This document shows positions 35,319 through 44,831 of a stretch of DNA of 50,546 nt, one piece after another (position 1 is the stretch's first letter; the number at the start of each line of letters is the position of its first letter). The notes beneath the pieces were generated by a model that made no database searches, had not been told where the DNA came from, and worked only from the letters and a program-made list of their open reading frames with translations. The translations under genes were made by a program, and so were the position numbers. The stretch is from a virus: UHGV virus genome UHGV-1368434; one strand, written 5' to 3'.

Positions 35319-36233
35319 ATGAGTAAAACAGCACAAGGGTTAATTGATTTCGCAAAGAGTAAAATAGGAACTCCATATATTTACGGAGCAAAAGGAACTG
35401 TAATGAGTTTAGAACAAATACGTGAATTAAGAAGAATGTATGGTTCTAACTGTGTTTGGTACAGTGATGATAACAAAGCTGGGCAAATATGTGTAGATTG
35501 TAGTGGATTAATTAGTTGGTATACTGGTAAAATGCGTGGAAGTTATCAATACAAAGAAACAGCAGTAGAAGCCATTCCAATCTCACAAAGAACAAACAAT
35601 AACATTGGTTGGGCAGTATGGATGAAAGGGCATATAGGAATCTATCTTGGGAATGATAAATACATTGCCGCAGATGGTTCAGCATATGGTGTTAGAATTG
35701 CTAACTTATCACAGAACAGGTTCACGCACCTTTTGAAACTTTGTGATATTGATTATGGTAATGGAGTAAAAGTAACAGGAGTAACAACACCACAGCCAAG
35801 TGGAAGACACTATAATGTGCCAGTTAATTTCACATATGCAGTAAGAGTAGAGGATGGAACAATATATCCGTTTGTTCGAAACCTACAAGATTTTGCTGGT
35901 GTACAAGGCAGAAAGATAACAGACATTGCAATTAAGTGTGATGTTGGTTCTGTAAGTTATAGAGTCCATGTTCTTGATGGAAGATGGCTACCGTATGTTT
36001 CCGGTTGCAATTGGAGTGATAGTAACAATGGATATGCTGGTATTGGTAAAGTTATTGATGCTATTGAAGTTGTCTATCATCCACCAGTAGGAAGTTGGCA
36101 GAAAGCACAATACAGAGTATCACCAGTAAAACGAGGATACTACTCATGGCAGTATAATGACGAAAAAACAGGCGGACAAGATGGTTATGCTGGTGCATTT
36201 GGAATTCCTATTGATAGATTCCAATTATTCTAA
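35319..36233 (+). CDS. Endolysin, NlpC/P60 family cysteine peptidase with C-terminal cell-wall-binding domain
   Basis: Catalytic Cys motif VDCSGLISW and His motif WMKGHIGIYLGNDKY. C-terminal about 150 aa form a separate domain. Confidence 0.8.
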   Translation: MSKTAQGLIDFAKSKIGTPYIYGAKGTVMSLEQIRELRRMYGSNCVWYSDDNKAGQICVDCSGLISWYTGKMRGSYQYKETAVEAIPISQRTNNNIGWAVWMKGHIGIYLGNDKYIAADGSAYGVRIANLSQNRFTHLLKLCDIDYGNGVKVTGVTTPQPSGRHYNVPVNFTYAVRVEDGTIYPFVRNLQDFAGVQGRKITDIAIKCDVGSVSYRVHVLDGRWLPYVSGCNWSDSNNGYAGIGKVIDAIEVVYHPPVGSWQKAQYRVSPVKRGYYSWQYNDEKTGGQDGYAGAFGIPIDRFQLF

Positions 36234-36247
36234 AACAAACATTTAAT

Positions 36248-36272
36248 GGGGTGGAGAAATCCACCCTTTTGT
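36248..36272 (+). terminator. Rho-independent terminator
   Basis: GGGTGG agaaat CCACCC followed by TTTTGTT. Confidence 0.65.
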
Positions 36273-36319
36273 TATATATAAAACATAAAATAATTATTGT
36301 TTATTTAATTAAATAAATA

Positions 36320-36348
36320 TTGACTTATATATACTTATATATTATAAT
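36320..36348 (+). promoter_or_regulatory. SigA-type promoter (TTGACT-17-TATAAT) ahead of the head module
   Basis: TTGACT at 36320-36325 and TATAAT at 36343-36348. Very AT-rich context, so the register is uncertain. Confidence 0.4.
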
Positions 36349-36377
36349 ATATTATATAATAGAAAGGAGTATAATAA

Positions 36378-37940
36378 ATGGCTAGTAATAAACAGCATAG
36401 TGTTGAAGTAATACAAGCATTAAGAAATTTTCCTTATTTTGTTTTAAGAAATGAAATAGAAGAGGGATATAATTTATGTACACAAGAATTGTTACAGATT
36501 CAGCAAAACTATATTGATTATAAAAAAGGTGCTGAATTTATAACAGAGGGAACAGCAGGGGATTATGTAGCATCAGATGTTAGGTTTAAAATAGCAAAAA
36601 CATTGATTGATAAAGAAGCAAGATTTATGTTTAGTCAAACACCCGATTTTCTGATACAACAAAATTATGTTGATGAAGAAAACGCAGAACAAGTACAACA
36701 ATATCAAAAACTAGTAAACAAGGTTTTAAAGAACAGTAAATTTTCGAGAACATTGTTACAAAGTGCAAAAGATTGTTTTATTGGAAAGCGTGTAGCATGT
36801 TTGGTTGACTTTTCAGAACAGGATGGAATACAAACACATTTTTATAACAGTTTGCAGTTCTATTATGAGACAGATTATGGTTCAGACAGATTAACAAAGT
36901 TTATAAGTTTTGAAAGTGTGAACAGAACAAAACGAACAAGCCAAAAGAAGTATCTAGTAAACAGATATGAAGAAATAAATGGACAAATACATTTTAGTTC
37001 AACATTGTACAACGGAATCGGCAATGTAGAACAAAATGTTGTACCAGAACAAATAATAGAGTTGGAATATATCCCAGCAGTTGTTATTTTGAATGATGGA
37101 ACATTGATTGATAAGCTAGGCGTATCTGAAATTGAAGATTTAGCAATGTATGAAGCTGGATATAGTAGACTTGGAAATGCAGATATAGACAGTGAAAGAA
37201 AAGGCATGAATCCTATTCGTTATACAGTAGATATGAATGCAGAAACAACAGCTAATCTAAGTAGTGGAGCTGGTGCATATTGGGATTTACGTTCAGAACA
37301 AAACCAAAATGAAGTAAATCCACAAGTGGGAACACTGGCACCACAAATGAATCATACAGAGAGTGTTAAAACAACACTTGATAGAATTAAAACAACAATG
37401 TATGGAGAACTTGATATACCAAACATTTCAGAAGAAACAATGGCGGGAACAATAACAAGTGGAAAAGCATTGAAAGCATTATATTATCCATTACAAGTAA
37501 GATGTGATGAAAAGATGAAAGCGTGGATTCCAGCGTTGGAGTTTGTTGTTGAATGTATTTTGGATATTGCAATGTTAAACAAAGACGAAGTTGTTTCAAG
37601 GTATGTTTTAACAGGATTGGATGAAATACAGTATAACATTAATATTTTAGAACATTATGCATTAATGGAAGATGAAGATGATGAAAAAGCATCAGACCTT
37701 TCAGAGATTGCGGCAAATGCTAGAAGTAGAAAGTCGTATATTAAGAAGTGGAGAAAGAACGAATTCAAAACAGATGCGCAGATTGATGATGAACTTATGC
37801 AGATAGCAATAGAGAACAATATGTTTGATAGCATGAGCATGAATACACAAGTACAAGGTGAACTTGGAAACCTTGAAACGCAACAGCAAGTAGAAAAGAA
37901 TGTACAACAAATTGAAACACAAACAAAACTTGAAGAGTAA
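36378..37940 (+). CDS. Portal protein (SPP1 gp6-like)
   Basis: 520 aa, placed ahead of the Mu-F-like gene. Acidic C-terminus. AAAGGAGTAT RBS. Confidence 0.65.
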   Translation: MASNKQHSVEVIQALRNFPYFVLRNEIEEGYNLCTQELLQIQQNYIDYKKGAEFITEGTAGDYVASDVRFKIAKTLIDKEARFMFSQTPDFLIQQNYVDEENAEQVQQYQKLVNKVLKNSKFSRTLLQSAKDCFIGKRVACLVDFSEQDGIQTHFYNSLQFYYETDYGSDRLTKFISFESVNRTKRTSQKKYLVNRYEEINGQIHFSSTLYNGIGNVEQNVVPEQIIELEYIPAVVILNDGTLIDKLGVSEIEDLAMYEAGYSRLGNADIDSERKGMNPIRYTVDMNAETTANLSSGAGAYWDLRSEQNQNEVNPQVGTLAPQMNHTESVKTTLDRIKTTMYGELDIPNISEETMAGTITSGKALKALYYPLQVRCDEKMKAWIPALEFVVECILDIAMLNKDEVVSRYVLTGLDEIQYNINILEHYALMEDEDDEKASDLSEIAANARSRKSYIKKWRKNEFKTDAQIDDELMQIAIENNMFDSMSMNTQVQGELGNLETQQQVEKNVQQIETQTKLEE

Positions 37941-37961
37941 AAAAATAAGGTGATATAAATA

Positions 37962-38957
37962 ATGGCACAGAAGTTTAGTTTGAAAAATGCAGAACAAGTA
38001 AGACAAACAACGACAATGCAGATGCAAAAAGACATAAAACAAATGTATGAGAATCTGTACCATGATGTAACAAAACAAATAGCAAGCATGGGTAATGGAA
38101 ATATGCAAAAACAAAACCTTGTATTGTTAAAGCGAAGTATAACAAAAAGGATTGAACAACTAAATGAAGATATTAAGAATGGTGTTGTTCGAAGTATGGA
38201 AACAGTATCAGAAGCAGTCGTATATGATACAAGAACATTTCTTAAATATTGCGGGTTTAAAGATTCAGACATACATGAAGCATTTAAGTTTGTTCCAGAC
38301 CAGATTGTTAGAAACATCATAAAAGGGAATGTGTATCAAGATAATTGGACATTAAGTAAAGCAATATGGGGTTATAATAAACAAACACAGGAAAGTATAA
38401 ACAAGATAATTTCAATAGGAACAGCACAAGGAAAAAGCGCATATGAGATAGCACTTGATATTGAAAGTTATGTAGACCCAAAAGTAAGAAAGGCAAGTAA
38501 AGTAATATATAGCACTAGAAAAGCAAGAATAACAGATGTAAACAGTGGCAGGGCGAACAAAGTCGGAGAAACAATAAATGATAAATTTAGGTTTGGACAT
38601 GTTGATTACAATGCACAAAGGCTTGCTAGAACATTAGTGTCACACGCATATCAACAGAGTTTTGAAGCAGTAAACAAAAATGACCCTTTTGTTATTGGCT
38701 ACAGATGGATAACAAGTAATTTTCATGGGAGAGTTTGTAGGATATGTGAGAACAGAGCTAAAGAAGATAAATATGGACTAGGACAGGGAGTATATCCGAA
38801 AGATGCATTACCGTTAGACCATCCAAACGGAATGTGTACTTTTGAAGCTGTGATTCCTGATAGTATGTCAGATATAGCTAAGAAAATCGGAATGTGGTAT
38901 AATTCACCAGTAGGAACGTTCCCGGAGATTGATAGATATGCATTAGATTTTATGTAG
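37962..38957 (+). CDS. Minor head protein, Phage Mu F-like (SPP1 gp7 family)
   Basis: Conserved C-terminal block VSHAYQQSFEA...GYRWITSNFHGRVCRICENRA...LPLDHPNGMCT, typical of the F-like head morphogenesis domain. Confidence 0.7.
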   Translation: MAQKFSLKNAEQVRQTTTMQMQKDIKQMYENLYHDVTKQIASMGNGNMQKQNLVLLKRSITKRIEQLNEDIKNGVVRSMETVSEAVVYDTRTFLKYCGFKDSDIHEAFKFVPDQIVRNIIKGNVYQDNWTLSKAIWGYNKQTQESINKIISIGTAQGKSAYEIALDIESYVDPKVRKASKVIYSTRKARITDVNSGRANKVGETINDKFRFGHVDYNAQRLARTLVSHAYQQSFEAVNKNDPFVIGYRWITSNFHGRVCRICENRAKEDKYGLGQGVYPKDALPLDHPNGMCTFEAVIPDSMSDIAKKIGMWYNSPVGTFPEIDRYALDFM

Positions 38958-38971
38958 AATAGGAGAAGAAC

Positions 38972-39385
38972 ATGGAAGTAAAAAGAGTATGTAACAAATG
39001 TGGAGAAGTAAACGGTTTGGATTCAAAGTCGTTACTGAAAAAAGATGTGTATGATGAAGATAAGAAACATTATATTGTGTTATATTTCCAGTGTGTAAGA
39101 TGTAAGGAAGTAGAAGTCGTTCAGATAGACGATAATGAGTCCGTACAGACGTTTAGAGAAATTAAGGAACTATTTATCAAGGCAATGAGAAAACGCCTTA
39201 AAAAGGAAACTGTGAGTCCTAGAGAGGTAAAGAAAAAGAATAGACTTATAAAGAAACTCAATGAAAAAAGAAAGTTATTTAATGAAGTCTCAAAAGGAAA
39301 AACTTTTTATGATGAAAATGGAAAAATATTTATAAAAGAGTTGACAATGTATACAGGAGGTGATATAATTGAAAGTGACATGTGA
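38972..39385 (+). CDS. Zn-ribbon protein with K-rich tail (paralogue A)
   Basis: CNKCGEVNG...FQCVRCKE followed by a basic helical tail. Confidence 0.45.
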   Translation: MEVKRVCNKCGEVNGLDSKSLLKKDVYDEDKKHYIVLYFQCVRCKEVEVVQIDDNESVQTFREIKELFIKAMRKRLKKETVSPREVKKKNRLIKKLNEKRKLFNEVSKGKTFYDENGKIFIKELTMYTGGDIIESDM

Positions 39386-39674
39386 TAAGTGTCAAATATC
39401 CTTTTATCCAATGATAAAGGAAGAAAACAAACAAGTTGGAAAACAAAACATAACAAGGACTTTTCTAGTATGTCCGAATTGTGGAAAACAATATGATTCT
39501 TATTATGATAATCAGAAAACATTGATTTTGAAAAAACAAATAAGAAAAGCAACAGCAAACATGAACAGTGAAACAAATGAAACAGAAAAGGCGAGATTTT
39601 TAAAAGGTATTGAGAAAAAGAAAAGACAGTTACAAAAAGAAGAGAGAATTTTACAAACATTATATAATAAATAA
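39369..39674 (+). CDS. Zn-ribbon protein with K-rich tail (paralogue B)
   Basis: TTG start 8 nt after AGGAGGTG. CDKCQ...VCPNCGKQ followed by a basic helical tail. Confidence 0.4.
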   Translation: MKVTCDKCQISFYPMIKEENKQVGKQNITRTFLVCPNCGKQYDSYYDNQKTLILKKQIRKATANMNSETNETEKARFLKGIEKKKRQLQKEERILQTLYNK

Positions 39675-39689
39675 AGGAGAATAGAACAA

Positions 39690-40367
39690 ATGTCAGAAAC
39701 AAATACAAACACGAATGGAACAAATGGAGAAACAAATGCGCAGAATAACATAAACAATAACAATACACAGCAGAACAATAACACAAACCAGCAGACAAGT
39801 ACACAGCAGAATGCAAATAATGTTGATGTTGAAAAAGTAAAAGGTGATGCTGTAGCAGAATATCTTAAATCTTTAGGAGTTGAAGATTCAGAGTCTTTAC
39901 AGGCAATCGTAAAGAAAGCTAAAGAAGATGAAGAAGCAAACAAAACTGATTTACAGAAAAAGGATGATGCATTAACAGCAACAACAAAAGAACTTGTTAC
40001 AGAGCGTGAAGCAAGAGTTATTGCAGAAGCTAAATTGTCAGCTATTCAGTTAGGAGCAAAACCGGAGCTTGTGGATGATTTAGTTATTGTTGCAAAAGCA
40101 AAGGTAACAAAAGAAAAAGACATTAATGCTGTAGTTGCAGAAATGAAAGACAGTACAAATGGAAAGATTTATTTTGCAACTGATGAAGATGAGAATGAAA
40201 CAAACAAAAAGGGAACAGTAACACGTTCAAGAGTGAAGAAAACAACAGAGCAAAATAAACAGGGTACAAACGGAGATTCAAACAATGGAGATTCAAAGTA
40301 TGCCGGAACAATGGCTGAAAGATTACTTGCTGGAAGAAAAGCAGTAAAGAGCCATTATTTTAAATAA
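39690..40367 (+). CDS. Scaffolding protein
   Basis: N/T/Q-rich N-terminus followed by long helical coiled-coil segments. Sits between Mu-F-like and capsid genes. Confidence 0.55.
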   Translation: MSETNTNTNGTNGETNAQNNINNNNTQQNNNTNQQTSTQQNANNVDVEKVKGDAVAEYLKSLGVEDSESLQAIVKKAKEDEEANKTDLQKKDDALTATTKELVTEREARVIAEAKLSAIQLGAKPELVDDLVIVAKAKVTKEKDINAVVAEMKDSTNGKIYFATDEDENETNKKGTVTRSRVKKTTEQNKQGTNGDSNNGDSKYAGTMAERLLAGRKAVKSHYFK

Positions 40368-40382
40368 AGGAGGGTAAAACAA

Positions 40383-40778
40383 ATGTTAAATCAAACAGGA
40401 GTTAGAAAAGAAACATATGGTAATACAAACCAAATTCTTTTTGCAGTAGAACATCAGGTTTCTATGGGTGTAGTAGTAAGTAAGGCACTCGGAGTTGCAG
40501 AGGGAACAAAGAAAGTTGTTAAAGCTGGAACACCACTTACAGGAAATCTTGATGCAAGAACAACAGCATTCACAGCGGCAACAGCTGGTAGCTCTACAGA
40601 AGCGTCTGACGCAGTAGGAGTTCTTCTACATGATGTGGATGTTACAACAGGTGATGCAAATGGAACATTGCTTTTGTTTGGATTCGTAAATACAAACAGA
40701 ATTGATGCAACAACAAAAGCGAAACTTACAGATACAGTAAAGAAAGCAATGCCAATGATTAAATTCGTTGCTTGCTAA
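40383..40778 (+). CDS. Putative head decoration / capsid-associated protein
   Basis: 131 aa, Gly/Thr/Ala-rich and beta-like, directly upstream of the major capsid gene. Confidence 0.35.
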   Translation: MLNQTGVRKETYGNTNQILFAVEHQVSMGVVVSKALGVAEGTKKVVKAGTPLTGNLDARTTAFTAATAGSSTEASDAVGVLLHDVDVTTGDANGTLLLFGFVNTNRIDATTKAKLTDTVKKAMPMIKFVAC

Positions 40779-40803
40779 TTAAGAAATAGGAGGAAAACAA
40801 AAC

Positions 40804-41838
40804 ATGACAATTTATGACCTTATTATTAGTTCTGAAATTACATCATATTGGGAACTGTTACAACAGGACAGAGAGCCATATCTAGGAGAAGAGCTGTTCC
40901 CGAATGATAAGAAACTCGGACTTACACTTAAATGGTTGAAAGGTTCTAATGGACTTCCAGTAGTTCTGAAAGCATCAGCGTTTGATGTACAGGCTATTCC
41001 AAGACCGAGAATTGGATTTGAGAAGTTAAGCGCAGACATGCCATTCTTCAAAGAGTCCAAGTATATTGATGAAGAGTTAAGACAGGAACTTAACAAAATC
41101 ATTGAGAGTGGAAACCAAGCATACATTGATGCAATCGTAAACAGAATCTTTGCAGACGAGGTTGAACTTCTTGAGGGTGCTTCTGCACAGAGAGAGCGCA
41201 TGAGAATGATGATGCTCACAACAGGAACGATTTCTATGAAAGGAAATGGACAGGTTTATGAGTATGATTATGGTGTAGATGAAAGCCATAAAGTAACAGT
41301 AACAACGAGTTGGAGTGACCCATCAGCGACAATTCTTGATGATATCAGAACAGGAATTACAAAAATTGTTGATGATACTGGTGTAACAGTTGAAAGAGCA
41401 GTATGTTCTTCAAAGGTGTTCGGATATATCAGAGCAAATACAGAAATTAAGAAATCTATCTATGTTATGACAGATGGTGTCGGTTTTGTATCAGATGCAA
41501 AAGTCAAACAATTCATTAAAGATGAACTCGGAATTGACATTGTAGTATATGACAAACGATACAAAGATGAAGAGGGAGCAGTTCAGAGATATGTTCCAGA
41601 AGATGTTTTTGTTATGTTCCCAGTAGGGAAACTCGGAAACACATGGTTTGGTACAACGCCAGAAGAGTCAGACCTTATGTCAAGTAATGTTGCAAATGTT
41701 TCTATTACAGATACAGGAGTTGCAATTACAACAATGACAAAGGCAGACCCAGTAAATGTAGAAACAAAAGCTACAATGATTTGTTTGCCAGATTTCCCAA
41801 CAGCAGACCAAGTATATATTCTTGATGTAATAGTGTAA
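40804..41838 (+). CDS. Major capsid protein
   Basis: 344 aa with a strong RBS (ATAGGAGGAAAAC), placed after scaffold and decoration genes. Confidence 0.6.
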   Translation: MTIYDLIISSEITSYWELLQQDREPYLGEELFPNDKKLGLTLKWLKGSNGLPVVLKASAFDVQAIPRPRIGFEKLSADMPFFKESKYIDEELRQELNKIIESGNQAYIDAIVNRIFADEVELLEGASAQRERMRMMMLTTGTISMKGNGQVYEYDYGVDESHKVTVTTSWSDPSATILDDIRTGITKIVDDTGVTVERAVCSSKVFGYIRANTEIKKSIYVMTDGVGFVSDAKVKQFIKDELGIDIVVYDKRYKDEEGAVQRYVPEDVFVMFPVGKLGNTWFGTTPEESDLMSSNVANVSITDTGVAITTMTKADPVNVETKATMICLPDFPTADQVYILDVIV

Positions 41839-41850
41839 GGGGGAATAAAC

Positions 41851-42153
41851 ATGGCAATGGTTAATATTATGAAAGGTGAGCATACTGTTAAGGTAAGCCG
41901 CCAATCATATGAAACAATGTTCAAAAAGAATGGTTATGTTATTGTTGACGAAACAGAACAAAACATTGATGATATTGTAGAAGATGAACAGATTGAAGAA
42001 GATGATTTAGTTGATACAATTCCGATTTCTGAAATGAACAAAGAACAGCTTGCGGAGTATGCAACGAAACATAACATTGATACTTCAAAAGCTAAAAATG
42101 TAAGAGAAGCAAGACAGATTATTCAGAAAGCAATCCAACAGAGTAAGATGTAA
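41851..42153 (+). CDS. Acidic protein with C-terminal HeH-like motif
   Basis: MNKEQLAEYATKHNIDTSKAKNVREARQIIQKAIQ resembles Rho-N/HeH. AAGGGGGAAT RBS. Confidence 0.4.
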   Translation: MAMVNIMKGEHTVKVSRQSYETMFKKNGYVIVDETEQNIDDIVEDEQIEEDDLVDTIPISEMNKEQLAEYATKHNIDTSKAKNVREARQIIQKAIQQSKM

Positions 42154-42174
42154 ACAGATGTGGGAGGTGAGTAT

Positions 42175-42423
42175 ATGGATAATTTAGAACAGTTAAAATT
42201 CAACTTGAGAGAAAAACAAGCACCATATTTTGAAGTGGATGAATTGCAATATCTATTAGAAAAAAACAACGGTGATGTTAGAAAAGCAAGCTATGATGGA
42301 TTATTAATCAAAGCAGAAGTAACAGGGTTGGATGTAAGTGGTTTGACCACGAAAGACAGTTCTAGTTATTTCAAGATGCTTGCATCCCATTTTGTTTCTG
42401 TAAACAGTGGGGTGCTAAAATGA
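42175..42423 (+). CDS. Head-tail connector (gp15-like adaptor)
   Basis: ATG at 42175 after GGGAGGTGAG (the track's 42160 is a GTG). 82 aa, first gene of the connector cluster. Confidence 0.45.
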   Translation: MDNLEQLKFNLREKQAPYFEVDELQYLLEKNNGDVRKASYDGLLIKAEVTGLDVSGLTTKDSSSYFKMLASHFVSVNSGVLK

Positions 42424-42800
42424 ACGAGAAAATGTTACAGATAGAACTAAACAAAGTAAAACGAGAGATAAAAACACATGGCAGAAGCTATGAAGTTAAA
42501 AGAACAATATTAAACAACTATGGAGAAGATACAGATGAACAGCAGAGTATAACAGAAGTACAAGGATTGTTTCATACACAAAAGGGATATATAACAAAAA
42601 GCGTTTCAGATGGTTCTAAAACACATTCAAAAGGACAGCCGAAATTAATGATTGCATATGATGATTCTGTTTTGATTAAAAATGGAGATACAATACAAAT
42701 TAATGAAAACATTTATAAGATTATTGAGAAAAACAATATACAAGAGTTTAGCATTGTTTGTGATATATCAATGGAGTTGGTGTTGAATGGGAACAATTAG
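42420..42800 (+). CDS. Head closure / head-tail joining protein
   Basis: ATGA translational coupling. Size and position follow the SPP1 gp16-like pattern. Confidence 0.45.
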   Translation: MNEKMLQIELNKVKREIKTHGRSYEVKRTILNNYGEDTDEQQSITEVQGLFHTQKGYITKSVSDGSKTHSKGQPKLMIAYDDSVLIKNGDTIQINENIYKIIEKNNIQEFSIVCDISMELVLNGNN

Positions 42801-43143
42801 AATTGATGCAAAACAGTTACTTGATAATTTAGAAAGAGCTGAAACAAAGGCGCAGATTGCAATTAAAATGTTTGCAACAAGCGGTGCAAAAAAGTTTCAG
42901 AACTATGCTAAGAGGAACAGACCATGGACAGATAGAACAGGACATGCAAGGCAAAGGCTAACAGGATGGGTTGAACAAATTGGAAAAATGCGAACGAGAA
43001 TATATATAGGTCATGGAGTTGATTATGGTATATATTTAGAGTTGTGCAATGAAAGAAGATTTGCAATTTTACAGCCAACCGTTAATGCGTGTTCTAAGGA
43101 AGTTTTAGATGGGTATAAGGATTTATTGAGGTATATCAAATGA
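42787..43143 (+). CDS. HK97 gp10-like tail component
   Basis: Coupled start. 118 aa. RNRPWTDRTGHARQRL motif reminiscent of the HK97_gp10 family. Confidence 0.45.
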   Translation: MGTIRIDAKQLLDNLERAETKAQIAIKMFATSGAKKFQNYAKRNRPWTDRTGHARQRLTGWVEQIGKMRTRIYIGHGVDYGIYLELCNERRFAILQPTVNACSKEVLDGYKDLLRYIK

Positions 43144-43499
43144 AAAGCATTATAGAACAAATTAGGGATGCTATAGCGGTAGATGGAACAGAGGTTTATT
43201 ATCCATCACAGCACAAAGGCGAATGTTTGAAAGAGTATGTTGTTGTAAAGTCAGAGGGAACATATGAACAACAAACAGTTTCAAGTGAAAGACCACTATA
43301 TACAATTATGTTATACGTTCCAGTAAACAGATATGGAAGAATTGAAAGTTTCATGTTTGAAATAAAACAAAAAATGAAAAATGTATTTCCACTTGTTATG
43401 TATGTAGGAAATGAAACAGCAAGTTTTTATGATGAAGATAAAAACGCACATATGGTATCATTTCAATACCAAGGCTGTAGAAAAATAGAAAATTATTAG
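43140..43499 (+). CDS. Tail completion / terminator protein
   Basis: ATGA coupling. 119 aa, immediately before the major tail protein. Confidence 0.45.
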   Translation: MKSIIEQIRDAIAVDGTEVYYPSQHKGECLKEYVVVKSEGTYEQQTVSSERPLYTIMLYVPVNRYGRIESFMFEIKQKMKNVFPLVMYVGNETASFYDEDKNAHMVSFQYQGCRKIENY

Positions 43500-43512
43500 G
43501 AGGAATTGAGCA

Positions 43513-44148
43513 ATGCCGAAAGCACAGAAAAAAGCAGTTGGAATCCCAACCATTGATGTTGCACTTGTAGTTGTAAGAACAGGAATGGCTGGTGGTGATG
43601 ATTCTAACGCAACAGAGATTGCGGTAGATACAGCAAATAAAATCGCAGTTGAACCGCAGACAGAAACAACAGATGCAATTAAACTTGTAAAACTTGGAAG
43701 ATTGATTGCACAGAAGCCAGCAACTACGACAATTACTGGACATCAAATTACAATGACAGACAATGTATTCATTCCAGAACTTGTTAAGATTCTGCAAGGC
43801 GGAACAGTAGAGGGAACAGGTGATACATTAACATATACACCACCAGTTGCGGGAAGTACAGACAAAGGACAAGTATTTGAACTCGATTGTTATTCAGCAC
43901 AATATGATGCAAGTGGTCAGATTGTTAGATATGAGAAAATCACATATCCTAACTGTCAAGGAACACCAGTTGCAATGAGTTCAGAAGATGATGTGTTCCG
44001 TGTACCGGAGTATACAATCAACTCTGCACCAAAAGAGGGAGAAGCACCATATAAGATTTCTTATGTGAAAACACTCCCGCAGTTCACAGATGCGTCTGCA
44101 TTGTCAGATGATTTTGAAACAGAAGAAACAGGTTTGGCAGTAAATTAA
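43513..44148 (+). CDS. Major tail protein
   Basis: Strong RBS (TTAGGAGGAATTG). 211 aa, Thr/Gly/Val-rich and beta-like. Sits upstream of chaperone and TMP. Confidence 0.6.
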   Translation: MPKAQKKAVGIPTIDVALVVVRTGMAGGDDSNATEIAVDTANKIAVEPQTETTDAIKLVKLGRLIAQKPATTTITGHQITMTDNVFIPELVKILQGGTVEGTGDTLTYTPPVAGSTDKGQVFELDCYSAQYDASGQIVRYEKITYPNCQGTPVAMSSEDDVFRVPEYTINSAPKEGEAPYKISYVKTLPQFTDASALSDDFETEETGLAVN

Positions 44149-44175
44149 ATAAAAAAAAGATAGGAGAATAAGAAC

Positions 44176-44583
44176 ATGGCAAGAGCAGCAAAAACAGAAC
44201 AGGTAACGAGTTTGGAACAGTTGAAGCAATATGCAGATGGTAATATTGTAAGACTTCCAGATTTTTCAGAGGGTCAACCTTTTATTGCAAGACTTAAAAG
44301 ACCATCTATTTTAGGAATGGCAAAACAGGGAAAGATTCCAAACTCATTGCTTGTTAAAACAAATGAGCTATTCGTACAGAGTGGAAGTCTTGATACAGAA
44401 GAAAACAGTATGATGCAAGAAATTTATGATGTGATTGATTTGATTGCAGACGAAACTTTTGTAGAGCCAACATATAAGGAAATCAAAAGTACAGGGATTG
44501 AGCTTACAGACGAGCAGATGATGTTCATTTTCAACTACTCACAACAGGGGGTAAAAGCTTTAGAATCCTTTCGTACAGAGTAA
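44176..44583 (+). CDS. Tail assembly chaperone
   Basis: 135 aa, between major tail and tape measure genes. Confidence 0.55.
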   Translation: MARAAKTEQVTSLEQLKQYADGNIVRLPDFSEGQPFIARLKRPSILGMAKQGKIPNSLLVKTNELFVQSGSLDTEENSMMQEIYDVIDLIADETFVEPTYKEIKSTGIELTDEQMMFIFNYSQQGVKALESFRTE

Positions 44584-44806
44584 AAAGGTAGAAAGCGTAT
44601 TAGCAATATCAAGGCAGTATAAATGTTTACCTAGTGAAGTGCTAGGGATAGAGGACAGTTATACTGCCTTTTGTTTTAACGAAGCATGTTGTGAATTAAC
44701 ATTGAGATTAACAGAGGGAGAAAAACCTCATTACATAGAACAGAACAAAAAAGCGGAAACAAAACACTATAACAATTTTAAAGATTTTTATAAACAGTAC
44801 GAATAA
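44564..44806 (+). CDS. Putative +1-frame extension of the tail assembly chaperone (frameshift product)
   Basis: An 81-codon stop-free, start-less ORF in the +1 frame overlaps the last 20 nt of 44176..44583 and ends 25 nt before the TMP start. Stop-free runs of this length are uncommon in such an AT-rich genome. Confidence 0.3.
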   Translation, partial: NPFVQSKKVESVLAISRQYKCLPSEVLGIEDSYTAFCFNEACCELTLRLTEGEKPHYIEQNKKAETKHYNNFKDFYKQYE

Positions 44807-44831
44807 AAGTATTGTTTGAAAGGAGAGACAA

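Noticed and set aside
37655-38320. 221-aa and 137-aa minus-strand ORFs over the portal and Mu-F region
   Set aside because: They overlap strongly supported + strand structural genes. The Cys/Phe-rich low-complexity translations have no RBS.
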